Part shown: positions 1-14,755 of the stretch, piece by piece | How the letters are laid out: the number at the start of each line of letters is the position of its first letter | How positions within the stretch are numbered: position 1 is the stretch's first letter | Assembly: GCA_963707635.1 (NCBI GenBank) | Contig: OY970173.1 | Span: 3,104,001 to 3,168,000, forward strand | Reading direction: 5' to 3' | DNA: 64,000 bases | Origin: Candidatus Latescibacterota bacterium | GTDB lineage: Bacteria > Krumholzibacteriota > Krumholzibacteriia > WVZY01 > JAKEHA01 | Position numbers and translations under genes: made by a program | Notes under the pieces: generated by a model | What the model was told of the DNA's origin: nothing | The model's input: only the letters and a program-made list of their open reading frames with translations | The model's database searches: none

Positions 1-31
1 CCCGCTTGCTCATGTTCGCGGAGGATCAGCG

Positions 32-1339
32 ATGCGCTTCCTGCATCTGTTCGTTGTTTCGATGCTATTTACCGGGGTCACGCCGGCGACCGGATGGCCC
101 GGCTCCGCCCGGACCGCCTTCGACGACGCGCTCCGCCGATCGGCGTCGCATGCGCCGGCGGACACGCTGACGTTTGACGAGGTGCTGACGCGAGTCGCGC
201 GCACGTACCCCGCGTTCGGCGTGGCGGCTGCCCGCATCGAGGCGGCGCAGAACGGGGTGACCCAGGCGCGCGCGAGGCCGAATCCGTGGCTGCACATGGC
301 CGCCGAGAACGTGGGCGGCACCTATTCGGGTTTCGACGCGTCGGAGCTGTCCGTCCTGTTGTCGCAGGAATTCGAGCTGGGCGGGAAGCGTTCGGCGCGA
401 ACGACGGCCGCGGAGGCGGCGTCCGCGGCCGCCGGACTCGAGGCCGACCTCGCGATTCTCGACGTCTACCTCGCCGCGAAGCAACGCTTCTCGACCGCCG
501 CGCATGCGGACGAGCGGCTGCGACTCGCGCACGCGCACGAGTCGGTGGTCGCGGAGCTTGCGGCCGCCGCCCGCGACCGCGTCCGCGCGGGGGCGGCGCT
601 CTTGGCGGACCCGCTGCTGGCGGACGTCGCCCTGGTGCGCGTGCGCCAGGAGGCCCGTCTGGCCGAGATGGAGCGAACGCGCGCGCGACGCGATCTCGCC
701 GCGCTCTGGGGCGAGCCCGACGGCGTCTCCGAGCCCATCGAGGCGCTCGCGCTGCCCGAACGCCTGCCCGAAGCGGACTCGATCGCCGCGTGGGTCGGTG
801 GCAGCGCGGCGGTGACGCGGGCGCGCCGGGCGACCGCGACATCCGAGGCCGGGCTCCATCTCGAGCGAAGCCTTCGCGTTCCCACCCTCACCGCCGGCGC
901 GGGGGTGCGGCGCGTCGAAACCGACGGCGCGACCACGTTTCTGTTCTCCGCAACCCTTCCCCTTCCCCTCTGGGACCGCCGCGACGGAGCGATCCACTCC
1001 GCGCAGGCGCAGGTGCGCGCGGCCGAGCTCGAGATCGAGCTCGCTCGCTCCGTCACGCGCAGCCAGTTGGAATCCGGGCTCAACCGAATGTCGGCCATGC
1101 TCGAGCGGCTGCGCGAAGCGAACGAAAGCACACTCCCGACCTTGCAGTCGGCCTCACGCGAGATGGAAACGGCGTACCGCATCGGCCGGGCGAGCTATGC
1201 GGACCTGCTGGAGGTCCACCGGATGCGGATCGAGATCGAGAACGAGATCAACGACCTGCACCTGGCGATCGTCCACGAGGTGAGCGAGATCGAGCGCCTG
1301 GCGGCGCGCACGATCGAGGAGACGATGAGCGATGAATAG
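32..1339 (+). CDS. czcC: TolC-family outer membrane factor of a heavy-metal RND efflux system
   Basis: 435 aa with signal peptide. ARARPNP, LSQEFELGGKR and LPLPLWDR motifs are typical of CzcC. First gene of an OMF-MFP-RND trio. Confidence 0.85.
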   Translation: MRFLHLFVVSMLFTGVTPATGWPGSARTAFDDALRRSASHAPADTLTFDEVLTRVARTYPAFGVAAARIEAAQNGVTQARARPNPWLHMAAENVGGTYSGFDASELSVLLSQEFELGGKRSARTTAAEAASAAAGLEADLAILDVYLAAKQRFSTAAHADERLRLAHAHESVVAELAAAARDRVRAGAALLADPLLADVALVRVRQEARLAEMERTRARRDLAALWGEPDGVSEPIEALALPERLPEADSIAAWVGGSAAVTRARRATATSEAGLHLERSLRVPTLTAGAGVRRVETDGATTFLFSATLPLPLWDRRDGAIHSAQAQVRAAELEIELARSVTRSQLESGLNRMSAMLERLREANESTLPTLQSASREMETAYRIGRASYADLLEVHRMRIEIENEINDLHLAIVHEVSEIERLAARTIEETMSDE

Positions 1340-2297
1340 ACGATGGGTCGCGGCACTCGGCTTCGTGCTGCTGACTACGCCGCAGTGCGCCCCCGACGAT
1401 GCCGCGCGGGACACGGGTGGCGCGCACGGCCACCAGGCCGAGACAAGCCACCCACACGAACACGAGGCGTCGCCCGGTCTCGGGTCCGTGACGATGATGC
1501 CGGAGACGCTGGCGGCGAATCACGTGGAGATCCGGCGGTCGGGGCCGGGCCCGGTCCGTACCGAGATCGAGCTTCCCGGCGAGATCCGGCTCAACGCAGA
1601 CCGCGTCGCGCACGTCGTCCCACGCTTTCCCGGCGTCATTCAGGAGGTGACCGGGCGCCTCGGCGACCGCGTGCACGCCGGCGACGTCCTGGCCGTGGTG
1701 CAGAGCAACGTGAGCGCCGCGCCCTACCCGGTCACGGCGATGATCGACGGCACGATCATTCAGAAGCACGTGACCCTCGGCGAATTCGTGCGCGACGACG
1801 CGGACATCTTCGTGGTCGCGGACCTCTCCGACGTGTGGGTGAACGTCAGCGTCTACGCCCGGTTTCTTGCCGAAGTGAAGCCCGGCCAGGCGGTGCGCAT
1901 CACCTCGCCGGGCGTCGGCGAGTCCGCCGCCGGGGTCATCGACTACGTCGGTCCGCTGGTCGGCGAGAGCACGCGCACCGGCGTGGCGCGCATGGTGTTG
2001 CCCAACCCGAAGGGCATCTGGCAGCCGGGCCTGTTCGTGACCGCCCACATCACCGTCGGCGAGCTGGAGGCGCCGGTCGCGGTACCCGACGCGGCGATCC
2101 AGACCGTCGAGGGACGCGAGGTCGTGTTTGTGCGTTCCGGCAACACCTTCACGGCGCGTCCCGTCACGACCGGACGGCGCGGCGTGGACCTGGTCGAGAT
2201 CACGGACGGACTCGCGCGCGGAGAGGACTACGTCGCCGGGGGAAGTTTCATCTTCAAGGCCGAGTTCGGGAAGTCCGAAGCCGGCCACGAGCACTAG
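1332..2297 (+). CDS. czcB: RND periplasmic adaptor (membrane fusion protein)
   Basis: His-rich N-terminus, VADLSDVWV, LPNPKGIWQPGLFV and C-terminal GHEH. Overlaps the czcC stop. Confidence 0.88.
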   Translation: MNRRWVAALGFVLLTTPQCAPDDAARDTGGAHGHQAETSHPHEHEASPGLGSVTMMPETLAANHVEIRRSGPGPVRTEIELPGEIRLNADRVAHVVPRFPGVIQEVTGRLGDRVHAGDVLAVVQSNVSAAPYPVTAMIDGTIIQKHVTLGEFVRDDADIFVVADLSDVWVNVSVYARFLAEVKPGQAVRITSPGVGESAAGVIDYVGPLVGESTRTGVARMVLPNPKGIWQPGLFVTAHITVGELEAPVAVPDAAIQTVEGREVVFVRSGNTFTARPVTTGRRGVDLVEITDGLARGEDYVAGGSFIFKAEFGKSEAGHEH

Positions 2298-2306
2298 GAG
2301 GCGACG

Positions 2307-5516
<3,210 letters not shown>

Positions 5517-5565
5517 GCAAGGGCTTGTCCTAAGGCCGCCGCCAACATTCCGGGAGCATTCCACC

Positions 5566-7917
5566 ATGGCTGTCGAACCCCAGGTCAAACTCGAGCACCT
5601 GCTCCGCACACAGTCCGAGCACTTCCCGCACTGGGAGAAGATCAAGGACTGCATCGATCAGTACATCGATCTGATGCTCAACTATCGCCAGAGCGGACAT
5701 CCGGGCGGGTCGCGCTCGAAGGTGCACGCGATGGTGTCTCTACTGATGAGCGGCGCGATGCGCTGGGACATCCGCCACCCCGAGAAACGCTTCGGCGATC
5801 GTTTCGCGCTGGTCGCGGGACACACGGTGCCGCTCATCTACGCGACCCTCCCCACGCTCGCGGAACCCTTCCGCCTCAAGTACGAACGCACGAAGGACCA
5901 GCGCTACTTCATCCCCGACGACCGCATGGTGTGGTGGGAAGACCTTCTGAAACTGCGGCGCAACCACGGGCTCCCCGGCCACGCCGAGATGGAGGGCAAG
6001 ACGCTCTTCGTCAAGGCCAACACCGGCCCCTCGGGTCACGGCTCCCCGCCGGCGGCGGGTCAGGCGCTGGCGCTCAAGCGCGCCGGAGCCGACGGGGTGA
6101 AGGTGTTCGCGTTCGAAGGCGAAGGCGGCCTCACGCCGGGCGCGGCGCACGAGACCATGAACTCGGCGTACGGGCTGGGCCTCACCAATTTCCACTACGT
6201 GATCGACTGGAACGACTTCGGCATCGACGACGTCGCCTACAGCCACTTCCTGTACGGGAGCCCGCGCGAGTGGTTCGGCGCCCACGGGTGGCGGGTGGTG
6301 GAAGCGAAGGACGGCTCGGAGTGGGAATCGGTGACCCGCGCGATGATCGACATGGTGTCCGGCGCCAATCCGGAGAATCGCCCGAGCATGATGTTCATGC
6401 GCACGCGCAAGGGTCGCGAGTACGGCAAGTACGACAACAAGTCGCACGGCACGCCGCACCCGATGAACCACGAGCTGTTCTGGGAAACGAAAAAGCGGTT
6501 CATGGACAAATACGGGGTGTCGTTCCAGGGCTTCGGCGAGCCCGCGCCAAAGGAAGCGGCGGAGATCGCCGCGCAGGCGCACGCGAATCTCAAGGTCGTG
6601 GCCGACGTCATCCGCTCCGACGGCGCGCTCGTCGACTACGTCACCGAACGCCTGCTCGAAATCGGCGAGTCGGTGCCGGCGGAGATTCCGTCCTTCAAGC
6701 TGGACGTCTCCCGAAATCCTACTGCAGACAACCGCCTTTATGACTTCCAGCAATATCCACCCGAGATGTGGGCGAAGCCGGGCGACAAGCAGCCCAACCG
6801 CGCCGCGCTCGCCAAATGGGGCGCGTGGGTGAACGCGTGGAGCCAGAAGCACTACGGGCGTCCGCTGTTCATCGCGATGAGCGCCGACCTCGCGGACTCG
6901 ACCAACATCTCCGGCTTCGCGAAGGACTGGGGCGAGCAGAAGGGGCTAGGGTGGTTCAACCGCGAAAAGAATCTCGACGGCGTGCTGCTCCCGCAGGGCA
7001 TCACCGAGTTCACGAACTCCGGCATCACGACCGGGATCGCGAGCGTCAACTTCTCGCGCACGCCCTACGAGGACTTCAACGGCTTCTACGCCACCTGCTC
7101 CACCTACGGGTCGTTCGTGTACTTGAAGTACGGACCCATGCGGCTGTTCAGCCAGCTCGCGCAGGACTCGCAGATCAAAGTCGGCAAGGTGTTGTGGATC
7201 GCCGGGCACAGCGGCCCGGAAACCGCGGAGGACTCGCGCACCCACTTCGGCATCTTCGCGCCCGGGGTGACCCAGCTCTTTCCCGACGGCCACGTGATCG
7301 ACGTCCACCCGTGGGAGTACAACGAGGTGCCGGTGGTGATCGCGGCGGCGCTGCGCACCAGCGCGCCGATCGTCGCCCTCCACCTGACCCGTCCCGCGAT
7401 CGAGATCCCCGACCGCGCGAAGCTCGGCATGGCGTCCCACTTCGACGCGTCGCGCGGCGCATACGTGATTCGCCCCTACCGCGTGGGCCAGCAACGGATG
7501 GGGGTCGTCGTCGTGCAGGGCACCTCGACCACCAATAACGTGGTCAAGCTTCTGCCCGCGCTGGACGAAGAAGGACTCAACGTGAAGATCGTCGCGGCCA
7601 TCAGCCCGCAGCTCTTCGCGCTGCAGGATGCCGCCTACCGCGATTCGGTCTTCCCCGCGCACGAGCGCCTGGACGCGATGGCGATCACCAATCGCGCCCG
7701 CCGGCTGATGGTGGACTGGGTCGACGCCGGCGTCACCGGCGAGTACTGGTTGAGCAGCGACTGGGACAATCGCTGGCGGACGGGCGGGTCGGTGGACGAA
7801 GTGATCGAGGAGGCGCACCTCTCGCCCAGGTGGATACTGGAAGGGATTCGCCGCTTCGCGAAGGAGCGCCCGCAGAGGCTCCGGCGGACGAAGGAACTGC
7901 TGGGCCGGCTGGAATAG
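5566..7917 (+). CDS. Transketolase-family TPP enzyme (single chain)
   Basis: SGHPGGS, LPGHAE, NTGPSGHG, SADLADST and GPETAEDSRTH motifs. Start placed at MAVEPQ, downstream of the promoter. Confidence 0.8.
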   Translation: MAVEPQVKLEHLLRTQSEHFPHWEKIKDCIDQYIDLMLNYRQSGHPGGSRSKVHAMVSLLMSGAMRWDIRHPEKRFGDRFALVAGHTVPLIYATLPTLAEPFRLKYERTKDQRYFIPDDRMVWWEDLLKLRRNHGLPGHAEMEGKTLFVKANTGPSGHGSPPAAGQALALKRAGADGVKVFAFEGEGGLTPGAAHETMNSAYGLGLTNFHYVIDWNDFGIDDVAYSHFLYGSPREWFGAHGWRVVEAKDGSEWESVTRAMIDMVSGANPENRPSMMFMRTRKGREYGKYDNKSHGTPHPMNHELFWETKKRFMDKYGVSFQGFGEPAPKEAAEIAAQAHANLKVVADVIRSDGALVDYVTERLLEIGESVPAEIPSFKLDVSRNPTADNRLYDFQQYPPEMWAKPGDKQPNRAALAKWGAWVNAWSQKHYGRPLFIAMSADLADSTNISGFAKDWGEQKGLGWFNREKNLDGVLLPQGITEFTNSGITTGIASVNFSRTPYEDFNGFYATCSTYGSFVYLKYGPMRLFSQLAQDSQIKVGKVLWIAGHSGPETAEDSRTHFGIFAPGVTQLFPDGHVIDVHPWEYNEVPVVIAAALRTSAPIVALHLTRPAIEIPDRAKLGMASHFDASRGAYVIRPYRVGQQRMGVVVVQGTSTTNNVVKLLPALDEEGLNVKIVAAISPQLFALQDAAYRDSVFPAHERLDAMAITNRARRLMVDWVDAGVTGEYWLSSDWDNRWRTGGSVDEVIEEAHLSPRWILEGIRRFAKERPQRLRRTKELLGRLE

Positions 7918-7918
7918 C

Positions 7919-8950
7919 CTAGGCGGCGCTGACCGTCTCTTCGCGAATCAGCCGCGACGCCTTCGCCACCAGCGACTCGAGGAAACGGCGGTCGTCCTCG
8001 GAGAAGGCGTCGAGCGTGTCGCTGTCGATGTCCAGCACGCCGATCGCCTTCCCGTGGTCGAAGATGGGCACCACGATCTCCGACTTCACACTCGGGCTGC
8101 ACGCGAGGTAACGATCGTCCGCGCACACGTCGGGGACCACGATGGTCTGCAGTTCACGCGCCGCGGCGCCGCACACGCCCGCGGTGAGCGCGATGGTGCG
8201 GTGCTCGGGGGCGGGCCCCACGTACTCGGACGGGTCGAGGGTCAGCGTCTCTCCGTGCAGCCGGTATATTCCCACCCACGAGTAGCGCTCGAAGCGAGCC
8301 TTGAGCTCGCGGACCAGAGCCGTCGCCGCGCCCCGCGACCCCTGCGCCACCCGGATCGTGCGGAGGATCTCGTTCTCGACGTCGGTCGAGAGGGCGCCGG
8401 CGTCGAAATGATTCGACCGCGCCGGCATCTCATCGGCCGGTGCCGGCGCCTCACGCCTTCGAATATCGCGCTTCATCAGCACGAACCCGGCCAGCACCAG
8501 CACCAGCGGCCAGAAGCGAATGAACGGCTCGGCGACCCGCGTGCTGATGACCCCCGTCTCGTAGAGAAAGCTGGCCGCGGCGAGCGCGAATACCATCGCG
8601 CCGACGATGATGCCGGAGTTGCCGGGCGGGCAGCTCGCGCCGGCGGTGATGAAGGAAGCACCGATGATCATCGGCATCACCGGCCACAGCACCGCCATGC
8701 GCCCCCATTCGACCAGCCCGCAGGCGAACGCGGTCAGAAACAGTCCCAGCAGAATCGCCCACGTGCCGGCGAACACCACCCCGAAGTTGAGCCGGCCTTG
8801 AAACACACGAAGCAGCACGACCCCGCTCGCCGTGATGACGAGCGGCCACAGGTTCTCCCAGCCGAGCAGGACGTGGTTGCTGACGAGCGAGAGCAGCACG
8901 CCCCAGAGCACGAGCCACCACCCCATGAGATGCCGGTTGCGCTGCTTCAC
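7919..8950 (-). CDS. Multi-TM membrane protein fused to an fRMsr/MsrC-type GAF domain
   Basis: Hydrophobic N-half with repeated WP motifs (LiaF/DUF5668-like). C-terminal WVGIY, GVCGAAA, YLACS, SEIVVP and VLDIDS motifs of the YebR/MsrC GAF family. GTG start lies 6 nt below TATTAT. Confidence 0.75.
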   Translation of the reverse strand: MKQRNRHLMGWWLVLWGVLLSLVSNHVLLGWENLWPLVITASGVVLLRVFQGRLNFGVVFAGTWAILLGLFLTAFACGLVEWGRMAVLWPVMPMIIGASFITAGASCPPGNSGIIVGAMVFALAAASFLYETGVISTRVAEPFIRFWPLVLVLAGFVLMKRDIRRREAPAPADEMPARSNHFDAGALSTDVENEILRTIRVAQGSRGAATALVRELKARFERYSWVGIYRLHGETLTLDPSEYVGPAPEHRTIALTAGVCGAAARELQTIVVPDVCADDRYLACSPSVKSEIVVPIFDHGKAIGVLDIDSDTLDAFSEDDRRFLESLVAKASRLIREETVSAA

Positions 8951-9038
8951 GCGTCCATAATACGGGACCCGCCCGGCGCGCGCAACGGTTGGTGACGCCC
9001 GGCCGGGCCGCTTTCCGCCCACTGCCTCCGCGCCCGCC

Positions 9039-9067
9039 TTGACGCGCCCCCGCCGATCCGATAGATT
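9039..9067 (+). promoter_or_regulatory. sigma70-type promoter for the cyclophilin gene
   Basis: TTGACG-17 nt-TAGATT; GGAGG RBS before ATG 9131. Confidence 0.6.
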
Positions 9068-9130
9068 CTCCCGGACGGCGGGCCCGAAGCCCGCCGAACT
9101 CATATCTTCACGACCTCGGAGGATGACTGA

Positions 9131-9739
9131 ATGAAACGGCTGACCGTACTCATCGGGGCAATGGCGGCGCTCCTTGCCCTGGCCGTCGGGATGGCGGGTG
9201 CCCAAACCAAGAAGGTGAATCCAGTGGTGGTCCTAGAGACGTCGAAGGGGAATATCGAGATCGAACTCAACCCGGACAAGGCGCCGGTGACGGTGGCCAA
9301 CTTCCTCTGGTACGTGGACAACAAGTTCTTCGACGGCCTGATCTTCCACCGGGTGATCGCCGGTTTCATGATCCAGGGCGGTGGCTTCACGCCCGAGATG
9401 TCACAGAAGAGCGGCAAGCCGGCCATCGAGAACGAAGCGGGCAACGGCCTCACCAATGACAAGTACACCATCGCCATGGCGCGCACCAACGTGGTCAACA
9501 GCGCCACCTCGCAGTTCTTCATTAATGTGGCCGACAACGCGTTTCTGAACCACAAGAACGAAACGCCGCAGGGCTTCGGCTACTGCGTGTTCGGCAAGGT
9601 CGTGAAGGGCATGGACGTGGTGGACGCGATCGGCAAGGTCAAGACCGGGACGAAGAACGGCATGAACGACGTGCCCGTCGAAGTCGTGTCGATCAAGAAG
9701 GCCTACCGCAAGGAAGCCGCCGCTACTCCCAAGAAGTAG
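9131..9739 (+). CDS. ppiA: Periplasmic cyclophilin-type peptidyl-prolyl cis-trans isomerase
   Basis: Signal peptide; FHRVIAGFMIQGGG, IAMART, SATSQFFIN, GYCVFGKV. Confidence 0.92.
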   Translation: MKRLTVLIGAMAALLALAVGMAGAQTKKVNPVVVLETSKGNIEIELNPDKAPVTVANFLWYVDNKFFDGLIFHRVIAGFMIQGGGFTPEMSQKSGKPAIENEAGNGLTNDKYTIAMARTNVVNSATSQFFINVADNAFLNHKNETPQGFGYCVFGKVVKGMDVVDAIGKVKTGTKNGMNDVPVEVVSIKKAYRKEAAATPKK

Positions 9740-9747
9740 CGCCTAAA

Positions 9748-9857
9748 GCGGGTGGCATCGAGACGGGGCCCCGCGGACGAAGTCCCGCGGGGTGGCGAGA
9801 TGACAGGCCCCGCGTAGTTGAGCGAGTCGCCCCGGGCTGCCGGCGACAGGACCCGCG
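9748..9857. repeat. Dispersed GC-rich palindromic (REP-like) element, copy 1
   Basis: Shares GCGGGTGGC, GCGGACGAAG, AGCGAGTC and CGGGCTGyCGGCGACAGGACCCGCG with 44291-44386. Confidence 0.65.
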
Positions 9858-9867
9858 AAGTTTCTAC

Positions 9868-9897
9868 GAAGGCCGCGCCGGAAACGGCGCGGCCTTC
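9868..9897. terminator. Hairpin between convergent genes, probably a bidirectional terminator
   Basis: GAAGGCCGCGCCG-GAAA-CGGCGCGGCCTTC, a perfect 13-bp stem. Confidence 0.7.
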
Positions 9898-10270
9898 ATG
9901 ATTTCCTGCCCCGGCCGGGTTCGGTCTCCTCGCCGTCGAAGTTGAGATGGTGGAGCACCCGGTGCGCCACCGGCGCCAGGAAGACGCCGGCCGTCGCGAT
10001 GAACACCAGCCCCGCATAGAGCGCGAAGAAACTGGCGAAGAGCTTCCCGCCCGGCGACTGCGGCGCGTTGACCGGCCCCATGCCCCCCAGCAGCATGGTG
10101 GTATTGAGGAGCGCGTCGCGCCAGGGCAGGTGTTCGTAGTGTTCGTATCCGGCCATGCCAACCACGATCGACAGCGCGATGATCGCGGCCGCGAGGACGC
10201 CGTGGCGCAGCATGCGAATCAGGAATTCCCGGGTCGAGATCGGCTTGTGCGTCCTGTGCTCGTAGCGCAT
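9896..10270 (-). CDS. Small membrane protein resembling the ion-channel pore (2TM, Ion_trans_2-like) family
   Basis: TM-GMAGYEHYEHLPWRDALLNTTMLLGGMGP-TM (GGKLFASFFALYAG); degenerate selectivity filter. Confidence 0.65.
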   Translation of the reverse strand: MRYEHRTHKPISTREFLIRMLRHGVLAAAIIALSIVVGMAGYEHYEHLPWRDALLNTTMLLGGMGPVNAPQSPGGKLFASFFALYAGLVFIATAGVFLAPVAHRVLHHLNFDGEETEPGRGRKS

Positions 10271-10272
10271 TT

Positions 10273-10578
10273 CTACTCCTTCGCGGCCAACGATTCAAAC
10301 ACACCGATGAAACGTTCGCGCTCCGTGAGCGCCCCGCACGCGTCGTCGATCTCGGCATACCGCCCGCGGTGCCGCTCCAGAAACGTCTCGTAGCCGGATC
10401 TCGACTCCCACCGGTCGACGGTCACGTAGCGGTTGGTGTCGCTGCGCAGCAGCTCCGTTCCGAGGTACCCCGCTCCCTCCCGGAAGAAGCGCATCCACAC
10501 GCCGTCCGGGCCGTACGCGGACTCGAACGCGGCGCGGTGTTCCTCCGCGATTTCGTAGGTCCAGATGATCACGAACAT
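10273..10578 (-). CDS. ABM (antibiotic biosynthesis monooxygenase)-like domain protein
   Basis: MFVIIWTYEI...FESAYGPDGVW...GYLGTELL...YVTVDRWES. Confidence 0.7.
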   Translation of the reverse strand: MFVIIWTYEIAEEHRAAFESAYGPDGVWMRFFREGAGYLGTELLRSDTNRYVTVDRWESRSGYETFLERHRGRYAEIDDACGALTERERFIGVFESLAAKE

Positions 10579-10583
10579 GGTGG

Positions 10584-12701
<2,118 letters not shown>

Positions 12702-12703
12702 TC

Positions 12704-14755
12704 ATGGCGAATCACCGCGACACACCGTCCTCCATGGAAGCGCCCCTGGTCGGCGAACTGGAGCGCCTCGGCCCCGACGGCCGCGACGCGCTCGTGATCG
12801 GGGTCGAGGCCCCCGGCTTCGACGCGCTCTCGCCGCGGGAGAAGCGCTTCGCATACCTGATGGTTCGGGCCGCCATCCCGGGGAACGCGATCGCGTTCGA
12901 TCAGAGCCATCGCGACGCCGGCGACATCGCGCGCCTGCTGGAAGCGTGTTTCACCCACGGCGAGGGGCTGGACGCCCCGGTGCGCGACGCAGTCCACGAG
13001 TATCTGAAACTGCTGTGGGTCCACCACGGACCGTACCACCATCACACCCACGCGAAGTTCATCCCGGCGGCGCTCACGGCGGAGATGCTCTCCGGCGCCG
13101 CGCACCACGCCGCCGCGCGCGGGGCGTCGCTCTCCACCCGCCCGGGCGAATCGGTCACGGCCCTGCTGGCGCGGCTCGAACGCTCCATTTTCGACCCGCG
13201 CTTCGAGCCGCTGCGAACCAACCAGTCGGCAGGGGCCGACATCGTGGCCACCAGCGCGGTCAATTATTACGACCCCGGCATCACGCGCGCGGAAATCGAC
13301 GCGCTGCCTCCCGAGTGGCGCGAGCGCGTCAACGTTCGCTTCGCGCGCCGCGAAGGACGCGTGGTCCCGGAAGTGTACCGCGTCGGCGGGGTTTATTCTC
13401 GCGAGCTGGAGGCGATCTCGCACTTCGTGCGCCTCGCGATGCCCGACGCCGAGTCCGACGAACAGCGGGCCGCGCTGCGCTCGCTCCTGGACTTCTACGC
13501 GACGGGCGACGAGACCCACTTCCGCGCCCACATGGTCCACTGGCTCCACAGCGACGCCCGTGTCGACTACCTCAACGGGTTCATCGAATCGTACATGGAC
13601 CCGCGCGCCGTGATCGGCCAGTTCGAGGCGAACGTGAGCGTGCGCGCGGGCGCCGGACTGATCGAGAAAATCGCCGCGAACGCCCCCTACTTCGAGGCGC
13701 GCATGCCGTGGCCCGACGTCTACAAGCGCGCCGGGGTGTCGGCGCCGGTGGCGACGATCGTCAACGTGCTGGTCGAGACCGGCGACGCCGGGCCGGTGTC
13801 GCCCGCGGCGTACAATCTTCCCAATTACAACGACATTCGCCGCGACCACGGGAGCAAGAACGTCATCCTCCAGAACATCGAGAACACGCGCACCGAGGGG
13901 CTGGAAGCGGTGGTCGTGAACGAATTCTTCCTGCCCGAGTACCGGGACGCGACCCTCGCGCTCACGCACACGCTGATTCGGCCCCTCAAGGTCTACCTGC
14001 ACGAGATCATCGGTCACGGCTCCGGGCGTCCGGACGCGTCACTCGGCGCGGATCCGCGCGCCACGCTGGGCCGGGTCTATTCCGCGCTCGAGGAGGCGCG
14101 GGCGGATCTGGTCGCGCTCTACCACATCGGCGACCCGCGGCTGGCCGAAATCGGCGCCTACGCGCCGTCGATGCGCCCGCTCGTGGTCGAGACCGCATTC
14201 GCGGGCTATCTACAGGGATGGCTGTCGCGCATGGACCACGTCGTGGGACACGAGGTGCGCGAGGCACACGACCGCGGTCACCACGCGATCCTGATGTGGC
14301 TGGTGCGCGGCGGTTACACCGGCGAGGACTACGGCGTCGAGGTCATCTCGGTGGACGGGGACTTCTTCGTGCGCGTGCGCGACGTCGAACGAACCCGCCG
14401 CGGCATCGGCGACCTGCTGTCGCGCTTGCAGGTGATCAAATCGACCGGCGACGGGACGGGCGCGAACGGCGTCTTCGACGAGTTCGGCACCCGGCTCGAC
14501 CCGGCCTGGAAGGCGAACATCGTGGCGCGGCGCGAAAAACTCAAGCTGCCGAAACTCAAGGCGTTCGTGTTCCCCCACCTGACACCGGTCATGCGCGGCG
14601 GCGAGATCGTGGACGTGAAGCTGGCGTACGACGAAGACCTGACCGCGCAGCAGCTCCGGTTCCGCAGGCTCGAGTGGAGTCTCCGCGTGGAGGATGACTG
14701 GCGGCCTACAGAAGCGACCCGCGCAGGATCAGCGCCGCGACCGAAAAGTAGATGA
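12704..14755 (+). CDS. Dipeptidyl peptidase III (M49 family)
   Basis: HEIIGHGSG hexapeptide zinc motif, EEARAD, NLPNYNDIR...GSKNV, GFIESY. Confidence 0.88.
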   Translation: MANHRDTPSSMEAPLVGELERLGPDGRDALVIGVEAPGFDALSPREKRFAYLMVRAAIPGNAIAFDQSHRDAGDIARLLEACFTHGEGLDAPVRDAVHEYLKLLWVHHGPYHHHTHAKFIPAALTAEMLSGAAHHAAARGASLSTRPGESVTALLARLERSIFDPRFEPLRTNQSAGADIVATSAVNYYDPGITRAEIDALPPEWRERVNVRFARREGRVVPEVYRVGGVYSRELEAISHFVRLAMPDAESDEQRAALRSLLDFYATGDETHFRAHMVHWLHSDARVDYLNGFIESYMDPRAVIGQFEANVSVRAGAGLIEKIAANAPYFEARMPWPDVYKRAGVSAPVATIVNVLVETGDAGPVSPAAYNLPNYNDIRRDHGSKNVILQNIENTRTEGLEAVVVNEFFLPEYRDATLALTHTLIRPLKVYLHEIIGHGSGRPDASLGADPRATLGRVYSALEEARADLVALYHIGDPRLAEIGAYAPSMRPLVVETAFAGYLQGWLSRMDHVVGHEVREAHDRGHHAILMWLVRGGYTGEDYGVEVISVDGDFFVRVRDVERTRRGIGDLLSRLQVIKSTGDGTGANGVFDEFGTRLDPAWKANIVARREKLKLPKLKAFVFPHLTPVMRGGEIVDVKLAYDEDLTAQQLRFRRLEWSLRVEDDWRPTEATRAGSAPRPKSR

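Noticed and set aside
14706..14755. 50-nt convergent overlap of the DPP III and mgtE 3' ends
   Set aside because: A short low-complexity tail extension; common in GC-rich genomes and possibly error-related.
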